Source: Squalus acanthias (Eukaryota). From it: a DNA stretch of 64,000 bases. This document shows positions 63,026-64,000 of the stretch, piece after piece (position 1 is the first letter of the stretch; the number at the start of each line of letters is the position of its first letter). Below the pieces are notes generated by a model that worked only from the letters and a program-made list of their open reading frames with translations, had not been told where the DNA came from and did no database searches. The stretch lies in the NCBI GenBank assembly GCA_030390025.1, contig CM059432.1, positions 133,860,001 to 133,924,000 on the forward strand, given 5' to 3'. The position numbers and the translations under genes are program-made.

Positions 63026-63319
63026 ATAATTCCGCCCCCCTTCCCCCCAAATCCACACAAACGGAATTCACCCGAAATTGCCCAAAATCGGCAAAAGCAA
63101 CACAAAAGATCGCGAAATTTAAACGCAAATTACGTCGAGCGCAAATTGAGTTTCCGTGATCTTTTGCACTGGTTTAAAAAACATCGCGCTAGAATCCGGC
63201 CCCACCCACCAAACTGGCCATGCCCCCAGGATGAATTAATCACCATTGTGAGTTTCTGCTAATTGCGCCTGTTTGCGGGGCTTCGATGAGGCTCTTAATA
63301 TGAAGCTATTTTTTAGGCG

Positions 63320-63858
63320 TACAGTTCTGGTCACCACATTACAGGAAAGATGTGATTGCACTAGAGAGGGTACGGAGGAGATTTACGAGGATGTTGCCAG
63401 TACTGGACAATTTTAGCTATGAGGAAAGATTGGATAGGCTGGGGTTGTTTTCTTTGGAACAGAGGAGGCTGAGGGGAGATTTAATTGAGGTGTATAAAAT
63501 TATGAGGGGCCTAGATAGAGTGGATAGGAAGGACCTATTTCCCTTAGCAGAGAGGTCAAGAACCAGGGGGCAGAGATTTAAAGTAATTGGTAGAAGGATT
63601 AGAGGGGAGTTGAGGAGAACTTTTTTTACCCAGAGGGTGATGGGGGTCTGGAACTCACTGCCTGAAAGAGTGACAGAGGCAGAAACCCTCATCACATTTA
63701 AAAATTACTTGGATATTCACTTGAAGTGCCGTAACCTACAGGGCTACGGACCAAGAGCTGGAAAGTGGGATTAGGGTGGATAGCTATTTTTCGGCCGGTA
63801 TAGACACGATGGGTCGAATGGCTTCTTTCTGTGTCGTAAATTTCTATGATTCTATGAC
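63320..63858 (+). mobile_element. CR1 3' fragment
   Basis: 140-aa open ORF2 C-terminus (63352-63774); (ATTCTATG)n tail. Confidence 0.92.
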
Positions 63859-64000
63859 TAATAGGCATGTGAAACTAGTAAATGGTTCTGTATACTTTTT
63901 TAAAGTCTTTTTCAGTTCTTTAAAATCAGGTTACTCACAAGTGGTGGACTCGACACTCTGATTAAAATGCTTATTTTTTGTGATAAACCCATTTTCAGCT

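Overview
Repeat-rich vertebrate genomic DNA, very probably from a cartilaginous fish (it carries SacSINE1/Deu-type SINEs, an HE1-like V-SINE and shark-type CR1 LINEs). I find no supportable host protein-coding exon, so the window looks intronic or intergenic. It is dominated by nested transposons: many CR1 fragments (one with an intact endonuclease-RT ORF2), L2 and RTE fragments, two copies of a second CR1/Jockey-group LINE, a decayed two-gene PIF/Harbinger transposon (spliced Myb/SANT gene plus convergent DDE transposase), several Harbinger-type MITE families, a hAT MITE, a 1.38 kb solo LTR, a 4.6 kb (TG)n array and G4/i-motif-type minisatellites. Most notable: (1) an in-frame U_UUA_AAC slippery heptamer at the ORF1/ORF2 overlap of two divergent CR1s, where the intact copy's ORF2 has no AUG until after the endonuclease (candidate -1 ribosomal frameshift); (2) a perfect 148-bp fold-back Penelope-like element carrying a minimal hammerhead ribozyme on each strand; (3) a MITE family built from six hairpins that show compensatory changes between copies. 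Element boundaries without a TSD or TIR are approximate, and family names come from my recognition of the sequence, not from a database search.
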